A stretch of DNA of 63,012 nucleotides, counting the filler, from Octopus bimaculoides (Eukaryota): the NCBI RefSeq assembly GCF_001194135.2. It is 6 parts of 4 records of this genome, joined end to end, with 100 filler letters (N's around TTAATTAATTAA, not from the genome) between each part and the next. Parts side by side here need not be neighbours in the genome. Positions count along the whole stretch, not along the records: positions 1 to 22,048 come from NC_068989.1; 5 more parts are not named here. The stretch is one strand, 5' to 3'. The notes beneath the pieces are model-generated. The model made no database searches, was not told where the DNA came from, and was given only the letters and a program-made list of their open reading frames with translations. The position numbers were made by a program, and so were the translations under genes. Of this stretch, positions 1 to 12,099 are shown in pieces. The first letter of the stretch is position 1. Every line of letters starts with the position of its first letter.

Positions 1-45
1 GGGGTCAAACGGTCGAATCTATTCAACCATGTTTTAAGTCTTTAG

Positions 46-140
46 CAACATCAATTACAAAGAACTTGGGAGTGGTACTAAAAGATGGAGAGAAGTATTG
101 ACAGGCAGAAACTGGGTGGGAGCTGTCTTCAATAATTCAA
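46..140 (+). CDS. Candidate internal coding exon of an unidentified host gene (NINYKELGSGTKRWREVLTGRNWVGAVFNNS)
   Basis: TTTAG acceptor ends at 45, A|GTAATG donor at 141, and frame 2 is open between them; composition is less AT-skewed than the flanks. No homology recognised. Confidence 0.3.
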
Positions 141-379
141 GTAATGCTATATATTCAAAATGAACCATACATGCTGGTTTTGTTGTTGTTATTGTGTCAC
201 TTACTTTTTTGTATTTTGACGCTACTTGCCTTCAGAACTCCCCAGGGAATTTTATGCTAGCTTCATCACTTTTATTTATTTATATATTTATTTTTTTCTT
301 TGTTTTGAAACGAGATCAAACTTCAGCATTTTATACTGATACATTTTAGACACTTTTTTCTGCAACTGGTAAGATTATG

Positions 380-1200
380 TAGGGGGTGCAAATTTTGATC
401 TTGCACCCCCTGAAAATTCTAGGGGGTGCGGGTGCACCCTCTGTTCCCAGGCCCTTGCTTCTGACATGAAATTTTTCATTTGTGCACAGGAATAGAGGCA
501 TCACCTCCCACTGAAAGGCTTTTGTCAATACTGCATTAGTTTTGGCAGGGAAAAATAAAGTTGGATACTTTTTAAACACACCCCATAGATAAAACTAAGT
601 CTAAACTGATTAAATTTAAATTCCTTGTATTATGTGGCATTAATGTAATCATCAAACTGAAAGGTGTCCGATGTTCTACAACAATTCAAAATTGTTCTTT
701 GAATATTTCTAGTGTGCTCCTGAAAAATAACCTAAAGAAAAGACTTCAGTCAAGTCAAAATTTTTGACTTAAATTATAAACAGAGAGAATCAGCTAATGA
801 TTTCCTACTAAGGCTCAATACATATGCTTCTTTATATATGTCTAAAAAATGTAAGATGACTCAGAAGCAGAGCTTATGATTTTTTATTATTATTAATGGA
901 ATCAATTGTGCTCAAGCAAAGATAAAGATTCTCGGACTTGGTTAGCCTTGTTGTAGGTTTTTATGCAGAAGCATTTTGCATTACAACAAAGATCCTTAAC
1001 TGTTGTAAATCGGACCTCTTCAGCAAACTCTGCAGGAGAAAACCACTGTATTCTACTATGACTGCCCAGTATGAATCCCAAACAGTCTGCTGATGAGGCA
1101 GTGATTTTGAATATTAATTGTGCAACAAATGATAATTTCATCATCTAGTTAGGAAGCTGTGCAATGAGGCACGAATGTCTGGCCTGGGTTTTAGAAACAT
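380..1200 (-). mobile_element. Possible decayed DNA-transposon (hAT-like) end and remnant
   Basis: GC-rich terminal segment with GGGGGTGC/GCACCCCC sub-repeats at 381-455, resembling hAT termini; adjacent sequence has only weak, broken transposase-like peptides. Confidence 0.25.
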
Positions 1201-1261
1201 TCATTTTTCACTAACTGAAATACCTCATTTGCATATTCCATGACTACAAATGATAATAGTA

Positions 1262-2270
1262 TGTAAACGACCGCGTGGAAGGAGAAGTGACGAGAATGGC
1301 TCCTTTAGTACATCGCATGGTCGACACAAACAAAATATGAAAAAAGATAAATGAGTATAAGTGCCAGAAGGAAAAGAGAGACACAACCGGGTAGAATGTT
1401 TAAGAGAAGATTTAATTGATAGGTTAGCATGTGTGACTGTGTGTGCGTCATATATGCATAATAATAGACAGGCCGTTATGTATACAAAGTGTGTGTGTAC
1501 AAACATGGATGTACGCGTGTGTGATAAGTACAGAGCATAAAAAGAGTCTACAATATGATGTTAAAAGAATGTTCAGACACAAGGATGATAAATACCAGTT
1601 TGTAGTCAAGGTACACAGTAGTTGAAGTGCTGTATCAAGAAGTTGTGGCTGCAATGCAGAGCCGGTTGAGGTACTGTCATATAAGAAGTTGTGGCTTCGA
1701 TGCAGAGCCGGTCTTGTTACAGAAGGTTGTCACAGGTTGTATTCGCTGTTAACCACGGTGAAGTAATTCACAAGCAGTGTAGAGATAGAACCTGTGTGAG
1801 CATTGCTGGTTGGAGTGTACATAGAGAGATGATGTTGATGTTAAGAGGATGGAGGTGACAAAGAAAGAGATGGCCGTATGCTGTTGCAAGAGTGTTGATG
1901 AGTCTCCATGTGGCTGCTGTTGTGTTGTCGCTGGAACTGGCTATGTGCTCTGTGGTCAGTGGTTAGACCTCAAAAGGTCTGGAACCGAAAGACCTCGAGA
2001 CGGTGTGAAGCTAGCGTTTTATACAATGCAGTCGGCGCAAACTGAGGTTAAGAAGACACTGTCTCATGTGACCTTATCTGAAGGCTGCGATTGGTTGGAT
2101 TGCATCTTGGTGTACAATAGGGCAAGAGACAAATTGCGCCAATACCAACCAATCAGAGTAGTGGACACAACAGGGTCCAAAAGGGCGGCCAAAGGCTAGC
2201 TGTTATCTACTACGTCCGTATTTATGTATATATAACAGAGAGAGAAGTTTCCCTTAAGTTGTACGCTACA
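1262..2270 (-). mobile_element. Solo LTR (probably Gypsy-type), about 1.0 kb
   Basis: Begins TGTA and ends TACA, flanked by a perfect 4-bp TSD AGTA (1258-1261 and 2271-2274). Minus-strand TATAAAA near 2017-2023 with a CCAAT cluster at about 2088-2156. Confidence 0.8.
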
Positions 2271-2461
2271 AGTAGTTTGCTGATTGAACTGATTGATCCC
2301 AGCTATCTACACAGTATCAAGAGATATTTACCAATGACTCAATAAGTTCATCTGCTGAAATCAGTCACATCCACAATGCTGCATCTCATGATTTCAATGT
2401 AACCTGGCCCAGGTGGTTACATGGTATTCAATCCATAGCTGGGTCCCTGACAATGAATGCA

Positions 2462-2785
2462 TGAAGCTTAGTGGTTAATGTATTCAACTCACTATCATAT
2501 GGTCTTGAGTTTGATTCCCAGGAGCATGTTGTGTTCTTGAGCAAGACACTTTATTTCATGTTGCTCCAGTCCATTCAACTGGCAGAAATGAGTTGTACCT
2601 GTAATTCAAAAGAGCTAGCTTTGTCACATTCTGTCTTGCTCTGAATCTCCTTGAAAACTAAGTTAAAGGCACACATGTCTGTTTAGTGCTCAGCCATTTG
2701 CATGTTAATTTCATAAGCAGGCTGTGCCATTGACTGAATCAACTGGAACACTCATTGTAGTAACTGATGAAGAGTCAGGCAGGGG
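2462..2785 (+). mobile_element. tRNA-derived SINE with CORE-like centre
   Basis: A-box-like AGTGGTTAATG, B-box-like GAGTTTGATTCCC, then TTGAGCAAGACACTTTA (CORE-like). Confidence 0.6.
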
Positions 2786-2789
2786 ATCC

Positions 2790-3555
2790 TGACATGTGCT
2801 ACACTCCAGATCTGAGTAGACTTGGGAACAATAATGGCTAAGAGGTGGTTCCACACTGCACAAAAAACCTTGGAACTTCCAAAACAAGGTTCCATTACTG
2901 GATTAAGTTTAGAATCAGCCAGGGCTAGATAATTTACACTGAGTTAATTGCAAATTGAACAGATACCAAGTTGCTGCTTGAATATACAATCACCTGTAAT
3001 ATTTCTGGCAGGTCTATCTGTCCTTTCTATCCTATTCCTTAACCATGTGGTTATTGAGGCATTCATTGATGATGTCGCACCAGGTTTCACTCCAAATTAC
3101 TTCAAGCTCAGTCTCACTGGTTCTTCTCTTTTGAGAATATACATCAGTCCCCTGAAATTACTGATATTCTACAAAGCTCAAGTTACACTCATAGCATAGT
3201 ACAACTCTCACATTCTCATACATGGGGCAGTGATGCTGCTGCTGCATGTATAGACATCCTTGATCATACCCAGAAAAGGGCTACCCAACTGACTAAAGTT
3301 ATTCACAAGCATGTGGTCTCTTGTCTGTGCCTTTTCCACAGCTGTAATGATTTCTGTTCCTTGGAGCTAAATGAGCTTATCCCACTGCTACCCTGGAATC
3401 CTCAATTCACTTATCTCTCCTGCTCTCTTCAGTCTTGTGCTCACCCATTCAGGTCCCATAGCTATCTGTCCTTTCTTCCCATAATGTCAGACCTCTAGAA
3501 TTCTCTCTCTGGTCATATCTTTCCTGCTGATGTTGAATCATAAAGATTAAAAAAA
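2790..3555 (+). mobile_element. Decayed LINE 3' end (CR1/L2/Jockey group RT C-terminus)
   Basis: Peptides LLIFYKAQV, SH..WGS, LDHTQKRA and (W)NSL....FP match the post-RT region of this group; A-rich end. Confidence 0.65.
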
Positions 3556-4026
3556 AAACATGAATCTCACTAGTCTTGGAGGGTCTCTGAAGGTCATGGG
3601 GCTGCCTCTTCCTCCAGACCCAGAAACTAGAAAAAAAGAAAAACTCCAGTTGCTAACAGACATCACCAGTACACTTTTTAAACATTAGTAATTATGTCAA
3701 GAAGTCATGGAAGTGGTCATAGAAATCTATAGGCCTGTTGTGTGCAGTGAGTTACACTGCTCATGGCTTTTTCACAACTTTTTTGACTGTCAGTAATAAT
3801 AACTGGGTGGGTGGGTTAAAATGATTAATATTCTGCTTGAATTGTTACCATTTGGAGGGAACAGATATTGAAGCCATGGAACACAATACATGTAGGGTGC
3901 AGGCAGTATTTGTTCGTAATTTTCAACTGCTGATTTTATGCATATATATTTTACTTTCATTGCTGGTCTTTCTCTTCTTAAAAACAATAACCATTTTTGC
4001 TTTATTTTTTTGCAGAATAATTTACT

Positions 4027-4985
4027 ATGGAAAATTTTGAACCCTCATTTTGTGGAAAAGGCATGTAGTCATCCTTGATCTGCACTGGAAGGACAAACAG
4101 GAAGATTTCAGACTTCCTCAAGGTCTGCAGAAAGATGGTGGAAGAGATCAGAAAGGAGCTGGAAAATTTAAGATTCAACTATGAAGTGACAGCAGAGAGG
4201 AAAACCCATGACCGACAATCTGACGCCATCAGAACACCAGCAGAAATCCAGGAGATCATCAACAATGATCTCAGCAAGTCAATGCATGCTATTGCACTGG
4301 GAGGTGTGAATAAAAAGCTCATCAGGCTGGTTGTGCATGAGGATATTTGCTACTTTTCATACAAGATGAGGAAAGAACAATTTCTGTCCAAGGCAATGCA
4401 GGAAAAGCCACTCAAGTACACTAAGGAGCTGATCAACACCCACTGGAGCCAGACATGCTGTGGTTCTTCTCTGATGATAAGAATTTCTGTCAAGATCAGA
4501 AGATCAACTTCCAGAACAACAGGTAACTCACTGTCTCACCCAAGGATGTTCTCAGAGCCATGCAGACAAAATTTCCAATGACAATGACGGTCTTTGGTAT
4601 CGTCAGCAGTGAAGGTGACGTCATGCCACCCTACTTCTTCCCAGAGAACCTCAGGTTGAACATTGACAGCTACATCTGTGTTCTGAGCAAAGTGGATTGG
4701 GTAGCTACAGGGAGGCCATATATGTGAAAGCAAGACTCTGTGCCTGGCTGTTAGAGAAAATTACTTTGATCACACAGCACCTGACATTTGGCCTCCCAAC
4801 TCACCTGAATGCAACCCTACCAACTTCTTTGTGTGGTGTGTGGTGGAATGAGAGACCAACAAATCCAGCTGCAACATGAAGGACGAGCCTCAAGGTCCTA
4901 AAACAGGAGATAGTGATGAAAGCTTGTGGCTGGTTCCAAGGTCACCTGGAGGCTGTCATCGAAGCCAAAGGCAGGTTCATTTAGG
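4027..4985 (+). pseudogene. Tc1/mariner DD37D (maT-like) transposase pseudogene
   Basis: Frameshifted peptides VVHEDI.YFSYKMRK, MVFGIVSSEGDVMPPYFFP, KQDS, WPPNSP, FVW and HLEAVIEAKG. Confidence 0.85.
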
Positions 4986-5704
4986 AATTGAAATTTAAAT
5001 GAAGAAAAGTATTAATTAGTGACTATTGAACAGATACTAATAAATAACATATTACATACACATCAAGGTCAACTGGTGCAGTCTGTGGAACATTCAGGAA
5101 TCTTTTTGGTCCACTGATGACATCAACAATAGGGTTGAGGAAGCAGGAAGGAACTGTAAAATATTTTAGCAGGTAAAAGATAAATAACTCAACAAATTTT
5201 GGTTCCTTCAAAAAGCAGTATTTAATTTCAGATTCGGTAAATTATTAAACTGAAAGCAGATTTATATAACTTCATAAGAAGCTAAATCTATTGTGAATAA
5301 AATTTCAAGATATAATACTTATTACCTACTGCTAGATTAATTGAGAATAAAGTGTTATATTGAAGATGTACAGAAACATAAATAATGAATCATTAGTCAT
5401 TTACCTTCCCCCTATATTTCATCTCTGTTTAGGTACAGCTTAGTGAAACATCTTTTCTATGATAGAAGTTTCAATATTGATAATGTGTTAGTAATTATAA
5501 CTTGCTAATTAGAATGTCTGGTAATAGGTACTGTTGAAATTACAACTATTCTTAATTACAACTGTCAGTAATCAAAATTGCACCAATTACTGGGAAATGC
5601 AACTTTATAAACTGTGGGTTTGTTTTTTTTCTTGTGCAGGCATGGCTGTGTGGTTAGAAGCTTGTTTCCCAACCATATGGTTGGGAATATATAAATATAT
5701 ATAT

Positions 5705-6445
5705 ATATATTCTTTTATTCTTTTATTTGTTTCAGTCACATGACTGCAGCCATACTGGAGCACTGCCTTTAGTCAAACAAACTGACCCCAGGACTTATTC
5801 TTTGTAAGATTGATACTTATTCTATTGGCCTCTTTTGCCAAGTTATACTAAGAACTGCTAAGTTACAGGGATGTAAATACACCAATATCGGTTGTCAAGT
5901 AATAGTGGGAGGACAAACACAGACACACAAATACATACATACATATATACGATGGGCTTCTTTCAGTTTCCGTCTACCAAATCCACTCACAAGGCTTTGG
6001 TCGGCCCGAGGCTATAGTAGAAGACACTTGCCCAAGGTGCCACGCAGTGGGACTGAACCCAGAACCATGTGGTTGGTAAGCAAGCTACTTACCACACAGC
6101 CACTCCTGCACCTATGTATGTATATATATATATATATATATNNNNNNNNNNNNNNNNNNNNNNNNNNNNNNNNNNNNNNNNNNNNNNNNCTAAGTTACAG
6201 GGATGTAAATACACCAATATCGGTTGTCAAGTAATAGTGGGAGGACAAACACAGACACACAAATACATACATACATATATACGATGGGCTTCTTTCAGTT
6301 TCCGTCTACCAAATCCACTCACAAGGCTTTGGTCGGCCCGAGGCTATAGTAGAAGACACTTGTCCAAGGTGCCATGTAGAGGGACTGAACCTGGAACCAT
6401 GTGGCTGGAAAGTAAGCTTCTTACCACACAACCACTCTTGCGTCT
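5705..6445 (-). mobile_element. Octopus-type tRNA/CORE SINE copies on both sides of a gap
   Basis: Minus-strand head AGTGGCTGTGTGGTAAG..GGTTCAGTCCC..TTGGGCAAGTGTCTTC. 5858-6030 is repeated almost identically at 6190-6362 across the N run, probably an assembly overlap. Confidence 0.85.
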
Positions 6446-6862
6446 AGTAATTAAGTTTATGTCCAGTCAGAGAGTGACCAATGGTTTTGCATGACCAAAA
6501 AACTTAGCCTCACAGATGTCTCATCAGACTCTAAAGCTGAAGACAATTCTTCACCTCTGGGAGACAGGAATTTGTTATGGTCATTTGTCACCAAAGAATA
6601 AATAGTCTGGAGTTAGTGAGGACAGATTATCTCCCTTACACCATTTTTTTGTTGGCCCAGGTCTAACTTGTCCTTACTGATCCCGGACTATATATTCTTT
6701 GGTCACAACTGACCAAATGACCGTAATGGATTCCTGCCTCCCAGAAGTGATGAATTACATTTGTCTTCAGCTTTAGAGATTGACAAGACGTTTGCATGGC
6801 TAAGGCCTTTGTGCATGCGAAACCATTGCTCATTCTATGACTGAACATAAACTTAATTACTT
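6444..6862. repeat. Foldback cassette A (arms about 190 bp) carrying two outward-facing hammerhead motifs
   Basis: The reverse complement of 6661-6862 aligns by eye with 6444-6640 (AGTAATTAAGTTTATG...CTCTAAAGCTGAAGACAA...CCAAAGAATA). Confidence 0.85.
6471..6532 (-). ncRNA. Type-I hammerhead ribozyme motif, one core substitution
   Basis: AGAGT CTGATGA G..(32 nt)..C AAAA CCA T TGG TC ACTCT: 5-bp stem I, GUC site, G12>A consistent with CpG decay. The partner arm (6775-6836 +) keeps CGAAA. Confidence 0.65.
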
Positions 6863-6932
6863 TTAATACATTACTACTCTATACTTTAGAGTGTGCTTCT
6901 TTTTTACGAATATATGATATTGACAATATATA

Positions 6933-8166
6933 CAGGGTGCATAAGATATTTGAGGGCAGATTTATGTTTATAAAAAAACAGATATATGATAAAAGATAAC
7001 TTTATTTATCAAAACATGCTATGAGGATAAAAATAAACCTTCTTTTCTATAATGTTATTCAATAAAGCCACCTTCAGCTTCAACAACTGCTTCTATATGA
7101 GATCTAAATCATCTACATGCTTGAATCAAGTGGTCCTGGTTCATTTTGAACATTACTCTGACTACAGCAGCTTTCAAAGAACCTTTGGTGTTATGGGCGT
7201 GTTCATTGACCTTCTCTCTCAACAACACTCCACATGTAATAGCCCAATGGATTGAGATCTGGGGAATTAGGAGACCAAATGTTAGGAGTTATGTGTCATG
7301 AAAATTTTCAGCCATCCATTCCTCTGTTACTAGAGCCATGTGCGATAGTGCAGAGTCTTACACAAACACATATAGCCTTCCATTGCATACACTGTCTATC
7401 CAGGGGTTAGCAATTGTTTTCAATTGTAGATGGCAGAGTTCACTCTAAGGCCTTGTGGAAAGAAGTACGGAGGCATCACATGTCCTTCATTGCTGATAAC
7501 ACATAAAACCATGACAGTTGCAGGAAATTTTGTATGCATAACACTTGGAACTTCAGAAGGGTCTGCACAAAACCATCTGTTATTTCTTCTGTTAACTTTT
7601 TGATCTTAGTCAAAGTTTTTCTCCTTTGAGAATAACCAAATCAAATCTTTTCCCGCTGGATTTTTCTGTTTATTTAAGAATTTTTTAGATCTGATGTAGT
7701 GACTTTACTTTGCTTTTTCTGACAAATTGATCTTTCCTAATCATATAAGACTTATACCTGATGTCTTCATGAACAACATTTCTGATATATGGAGATCTTT
7801 TGCAATTGACCTCATGGACTTTCTGGGATTGTAATCAATGGTCTGTTAAACTTGCTGGATAAATTCAAATGTTCTGATGATTTCAGAGCATTTAGAATGC
7901 TTTTTATGCTTTGATATTGATGATACGTTTCCATCTTCAGTCTCTAACTCCTTACAAACTTTGTAGACGAAAGATCTGGCAACTTTTAAAAATCGAGATA
8001 TTTCTAAATAGCTATGCTCAGTTACAATAACAGCATGCCTCTTCATTTCTTGAGTAAGCTGAGGATCTGCCATTATTATTTTCTGAAACAAAAGTTATAC
8101 AAAATTAGTAAAAAATGCAGCAATGACCAAAAAAAAGGTGTGTCCTCAAATACCTTACACACCCTG
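6933..8166 (-). mobile_element. Full-length decayed DD37D (maT-like) transposon
   Basis: TIRs CAGGGTGCATAAGATATTTGAGG and CAGGGTGTGTAAGGTATTTGAGG with TA flanks. Transposase runs from about 8073 (MADPQLTQEMKRHAV) to 7050. There are 37 residues between DSA and the third catalytic position after restoring a 1-nt frameshift. Confidence 0.9.
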
Positions 8167-8189
8167 TATACATATATCGTTATCGGCTC

Positions 8190-8640
8190 CAGCTTGTATC
8201 CAAGCATTGGGTTCGTCAGTTTTCATCCAGTCTCCTTGGCTGATGTTTGTGCCGAAAGTGACTTTGGAGTCCAAGTCGGTGGTGAAAGAGTTGTGGGCAG
8301 AACTCACATGGGATGGTCAGTGCAGGTTGAGGATGTTGAAGATGCTCCTTTCTTCTCCAGCGTTTTGCCTCGTCATTCTGTTGTCTGTTCTGCTCAACGG
8401 AGCTGGCTCCACTGTGGATAGCAGTCCTCCTGGCTGTCCTATCCATGGCAGTCTGTTCCCATGAGGATGGCTGGATGTTAGCTTGAGCCAAGGTCCATTT
8501 GAGCTGGTCTTTAAAAGGGAATTTTGGACCTCCTCTGGGTCTTGTTCTGATTGCAAGTTCTCCATAGAGCCAGGATCCTTGGGAGACAGGAGGGCTCCAT
8601 ACACTGGATGTGACCTGCCCAGCAGAGATGATGGCGAAGA
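8190..8640 (-). mobile_element. RTE-clade LINE 3' fragment with C-terminal C2H2 finger
   Basis: LCWAGHI, LYGEL..RTRPRGGPK.PFKDQLK, CEFCPQLFHHRLGLQSHFRHKH. Confidence 0.85.
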
Positions 8641-8674
8641 ATGGTGGTTTCGACACTTGGTAGTGAGGCATGGC

Positions 8675-8920
8675 AAAGAACATAAAACATAAAGGAAGGA
8701 AAATGCACACAGTTTACATAGTTTTTATATATTTTTAGATATATTTCATAAGTGAAGGAGTATTGTGCTTGTTGACTGGTTTCACTTTCACTAATCATGA
8801 CATTTAAATTATTGTAATTTTGTATTTTCTTAAGATTTTAGTCCATATTGTGTGTGGAGAAGTTTGTGAATGGATGATTTGACAATATGAAAAATCTAAG
8901 GAGAGGTAATTGGTGATTGT
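8675..8920 (-). repeat. PLE-associated tail repeat (inverse copy of 12290-12525) with variant hammerhead motif at 8770-8802
   Basis: The reverse complement aligns by eye with 12290-12525; motif TGTC ATGATTA GTGAAAGT GAAA CCAG TC AACA. Confidence 0.65.
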
Positions 8921-8984
8921 TGTTATTGAGGACAGAGGAGGTAATTGTGCATCTTTTGGGGAGCGGATAAATAATTAAAAAATT

Positions 8985-9313
8985 TTTTTTTTTACTTGTT
9001 TCAGTCATTTGACTGCGGCCATGCTGGAGCACCGTCTTTAGTCGAGCAAATCGACCCCAGGACTTATTCTTTGTAAGCCTAGTACTTATTCTATCGGTCT
9101 CTTTTGCCGAAGTGCTAAGTTACGGGGACGTAAACACACCAGCATCGGTTGTCAAGCGATGTTGGGGGGACAAATACAGACACACAAACATATACACACA
9201 TATATATACATATATACGATGGGCTTCTTTCAGTTTCCGTCTACCAAATACACTCACAAGGCTTTGGTCGACCCGAGGCTATAGTAGAAGACACTTGCCC
9301 AAGGTGCCACGCA
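8985..9313 (-). mobile_element. Octopus-type tRNA/CORE SINE
   Basis: Same family as 5705-6445; tail TTTCAGTCATTTGACTGCGGCCATGCTGGAGCACC. Confidence 0.85.
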
Positions 9314-9943
9314 NNNNNNNNNNNNNNNNNNNNNNNNNNNNNNNNNNNNNNNNNNNNNNNNNNNNNNNNNNNNNNNNNNNNNNNNNNNNNNNNNNNNNNN
9401 NNNNNNNNNNNNNNNNNNNNNNNNNNNNNNNNNNNNNNNNNNNNNNNNNNNNNNNNNNNNNNNNNNNNNNNNNNNNNNNNNNNNNNNNNNNNNNNNNNNN
9501 NNNNNNNNNNNNNNNNNNNNNNNNNNNNNNNNNNNNNNNNNNNNNNNNNNNNNNNNNNNNNNNNNNNNNNNNNNNNNNNNNNNNNNNNNNNNNNNNNNNN
9601 NNNNNNNNNNNNNNNNNNNNNNNNNNNNNNNNNNNNNACACTTGCCCAAGGTGCCATGTAGAGGGACTGAACCTGGAACCATGTGGCTGGAAAGTAAGCT
9701 TCTTACCACACAACCACTCTTGCGTCTAGTAATTAAGTTTATGTCCAGTCAGAGAGTGACCAATGGTTTTGCATGACCAAAAAACTTAGCCTCACAGATG
9801 TCTCATCAGACTCTAAAGCTGAAGACAATTCTTCACCTCTGGGAGACAGGAATTTGTTATGGTCATTTGTCACCAAAGAATAAATAGTCTGGAGTTAGTG
9901 AGGACAGATTATCTCCCTTACACCATTTTTTTGTTGGCCCAGG

Positions 9944-10230
9944 TGTAACACTTGTCTGTCCTATATAGTTATATCCACAACCTGAACAAGTTATAATATG
10001 AATTAGATTCTTGGAAGCACAAATGAAGTTGGTTTTAATTGTAAACCTCCCTCCTTGTTTGAATAGGAATTCTAAGCCTTTCAGTAGGTTGGGGGATGTT
10101 CCACAGTTTGGGCATCCACATCTTTTAACCATTGGTTTCGTGGTTGTTGTGTAAAGCTTTACATTTGTTAGAAGTCTTTTCAGCGATTTATGTTGCTTTT
10201 TGCATTTGATGAATTTATGTGTTTTCAGAA
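9944..10230 (-). mobile_element. Penelope-like element, GIY-YIG endonuclease fragment
   Basis: KRCGCPNCGTSP..FTIKTNFICASKNLIHIITCSGCGYNYIGQT: Cys-rich linker plus IH/IY..YIG motif. Confidence 0.9.
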
Positions 10231-11523
10231 TCATCATCATCATCTTCGTCGTTTAACATCTGCTAGCATGGGTTGGACAATTTGACTGAGGACTGGTGGA
10301 CCAGGGGGTGACACCAGGCTCCAATCTGATTTGGCAGAGTTTCTACAGCTGGATGCCCTTCCTAATGCCAACCACTCCGAGAGTGTAGTGGATGCTTTTA
10401 TGTGCCACCGGCACGAGGACCAGTGAGGTGGTAGGGACGACGGCCATGCTCGAAATGGTGTATTTTACGTGTCACATGCACAGGAGCCAGTCCATTGACA
10501 CTGGCAACAACCTCGCTTGAATGTCTTACTGGCAACGGCCACACTTGAAATGGTGTATTTTATGTGTCACCTGCACAGGAGCTAGTCCATCGGCACGGGC
10601 AACAATCTCGCTCAAATGTCTTTTCAAGTGCCACTGGTACAAGTGCCAGGAAAGCGACATTGGTAACGATCACGCTGGTGCTATTTCCGTGCCACTGGCA
10701 CATAAGCCAGACAGCTGCTCTGGCAATGATCGCACTCGGACGGTGCTCTTAGTACTCCACTGGTACAGGTGCCATCACAATTTCACTTTCGCTTGCCTCA
10801 ACAGGTCTTCACAAGCTGAGTTTAGTGTTCCTAAAAATTTAGTTCAATTTCGAATTCACTTGCCTCACCATGTCTTTACAAGCGGAGTTTAGTGTCCAAT
10901 GAAGGGGTGTTATGCGTAAGTGGGCTGGCTACATCCCTGGCAGAGGCCTTGGATTTTTGTCTCACTTGGCTTGCCGGGTCTTCTCACGCACAGCATATTT
11001 CCAGAGGTCACGGTCACAAGTCATTGCCTCCTTGAGGCCTAATGTTCGGAAGTCGTGCTTCACCACCTCATCCCAGGTCTTCCTAGGCCTGCCTCTTCCA
11101 CGGGTTCCTTCAACCACTAGGGTGTGGCACTTTTTCATACAGCTACCCTCATCCATTCTCGCCACATGACCATACCAGCACAATCGTCTCTCTTGCACAC
11201 CACAACTGATGCTTCTTATATTCAGCTTTTCTCTCAAGATACTTACACTCTGTCGGGTATGCACACTGACATTACTCATCCATCGAAGCATACTGGCTTC
11301 ATTCCTTGCGAGCTTACACATAACCTCAGCAGTCACGGCCCATGTTTCACTGCCATGTAGCATGGCTGTTTGTACACATGTGTCATACAGTCTGCCTTTT
11401 ACTCTGAATGAGAGACCCTTTGTCGCCAGCAGAGGTAAGAGCTCTCTGAACTTTGCCCAGGCTATTCTTATTCTAGCAGCTACACTTTCAGCGCACCCAC
11501 CCCCACTACTAACTTGGTCACCC
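10231..11523 (-). mobile_element. 5'-truncated RTE LINE with (ATG)n tail, nested in a PLE ORF
   Basis: MLHGSETWAV..RRLCWYGHVARM..GTRGRGRPRKTW..DRDLWK; 3'UTR with CTGGATGCCCTTCC motif and an internal repeat of about 90 bp. The flanks rejoin to match the PLE copy at about 18400. Confidence 0.9.
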
Positions 11524-11960
11524 TGTTGTTCATTTTTTGGTCCCTTGTAAGCAATTGCTTCTAGGGTTGTGAGTTGATATATACAGTAGTGTTTTGAAAT
11601 GAGGTGTGGTATTATGTTTTGTTACCCTTAGTGTTTTAAGGCCTAATTTCTTAGCATGCTTAATTCCATCATCTATAAGTGAGGGTGGATATTGTCTTTC
11701 AGTTAGTGTTGTTTTGAGGTCTTGAAGCCAGAGGTCCCGAGTATTTCCATCAGACACTATTATGCAAATCCTTTTTGCCAAATTAAAGGGGATATTTCCT
11801 TTGATGTGCTTCAGGCGGCATGAGCTAAACAGGAGATATTGCTTTGAGTCCATTGGTTTGTGATAAATGTCAGTTACAATGTGGTTGTTGGACTTTTTTT
11901 TATCATAATATCTTAGAAAAGGAGCTGTTCTTTGCTGTATTCCATTGTAAGTTGAATGTT
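11524..11960 (-). mobile_element. Penelope-like element RT thumb/linker fragment
   Basis: FSSCRLKHIKGNIPFNLAKRICIIVSD..RQYPPSLI..YISTHNPR; homologous to 34880-35300 and 18400-18710. Confidence 0.85.
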
Positions 11961-12099
11961 AGGGTTTATATTTTTTAGTATTGATTAAATTCCAAAAGTT
12001 TATCAATGGTCTCAATATAATTAATAACACTGATAATTTCTACCAACCAAATTACAGTAAACAGTTTTTAGACTGAGGGGAGAGAAACAGGGACACACG

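Noticed and set aside
2462-2530. tRNA-like A and B boxes here and in other SINE heads
   Set aside because: They continue into SINE bodies with no cloverleaf 3' half; not tRNA genes.
5858-6362. Apparent tandem SINE duplication
   Set aside because: Identical sequence on both sides of a gap; most likely a contig overlap artefact.
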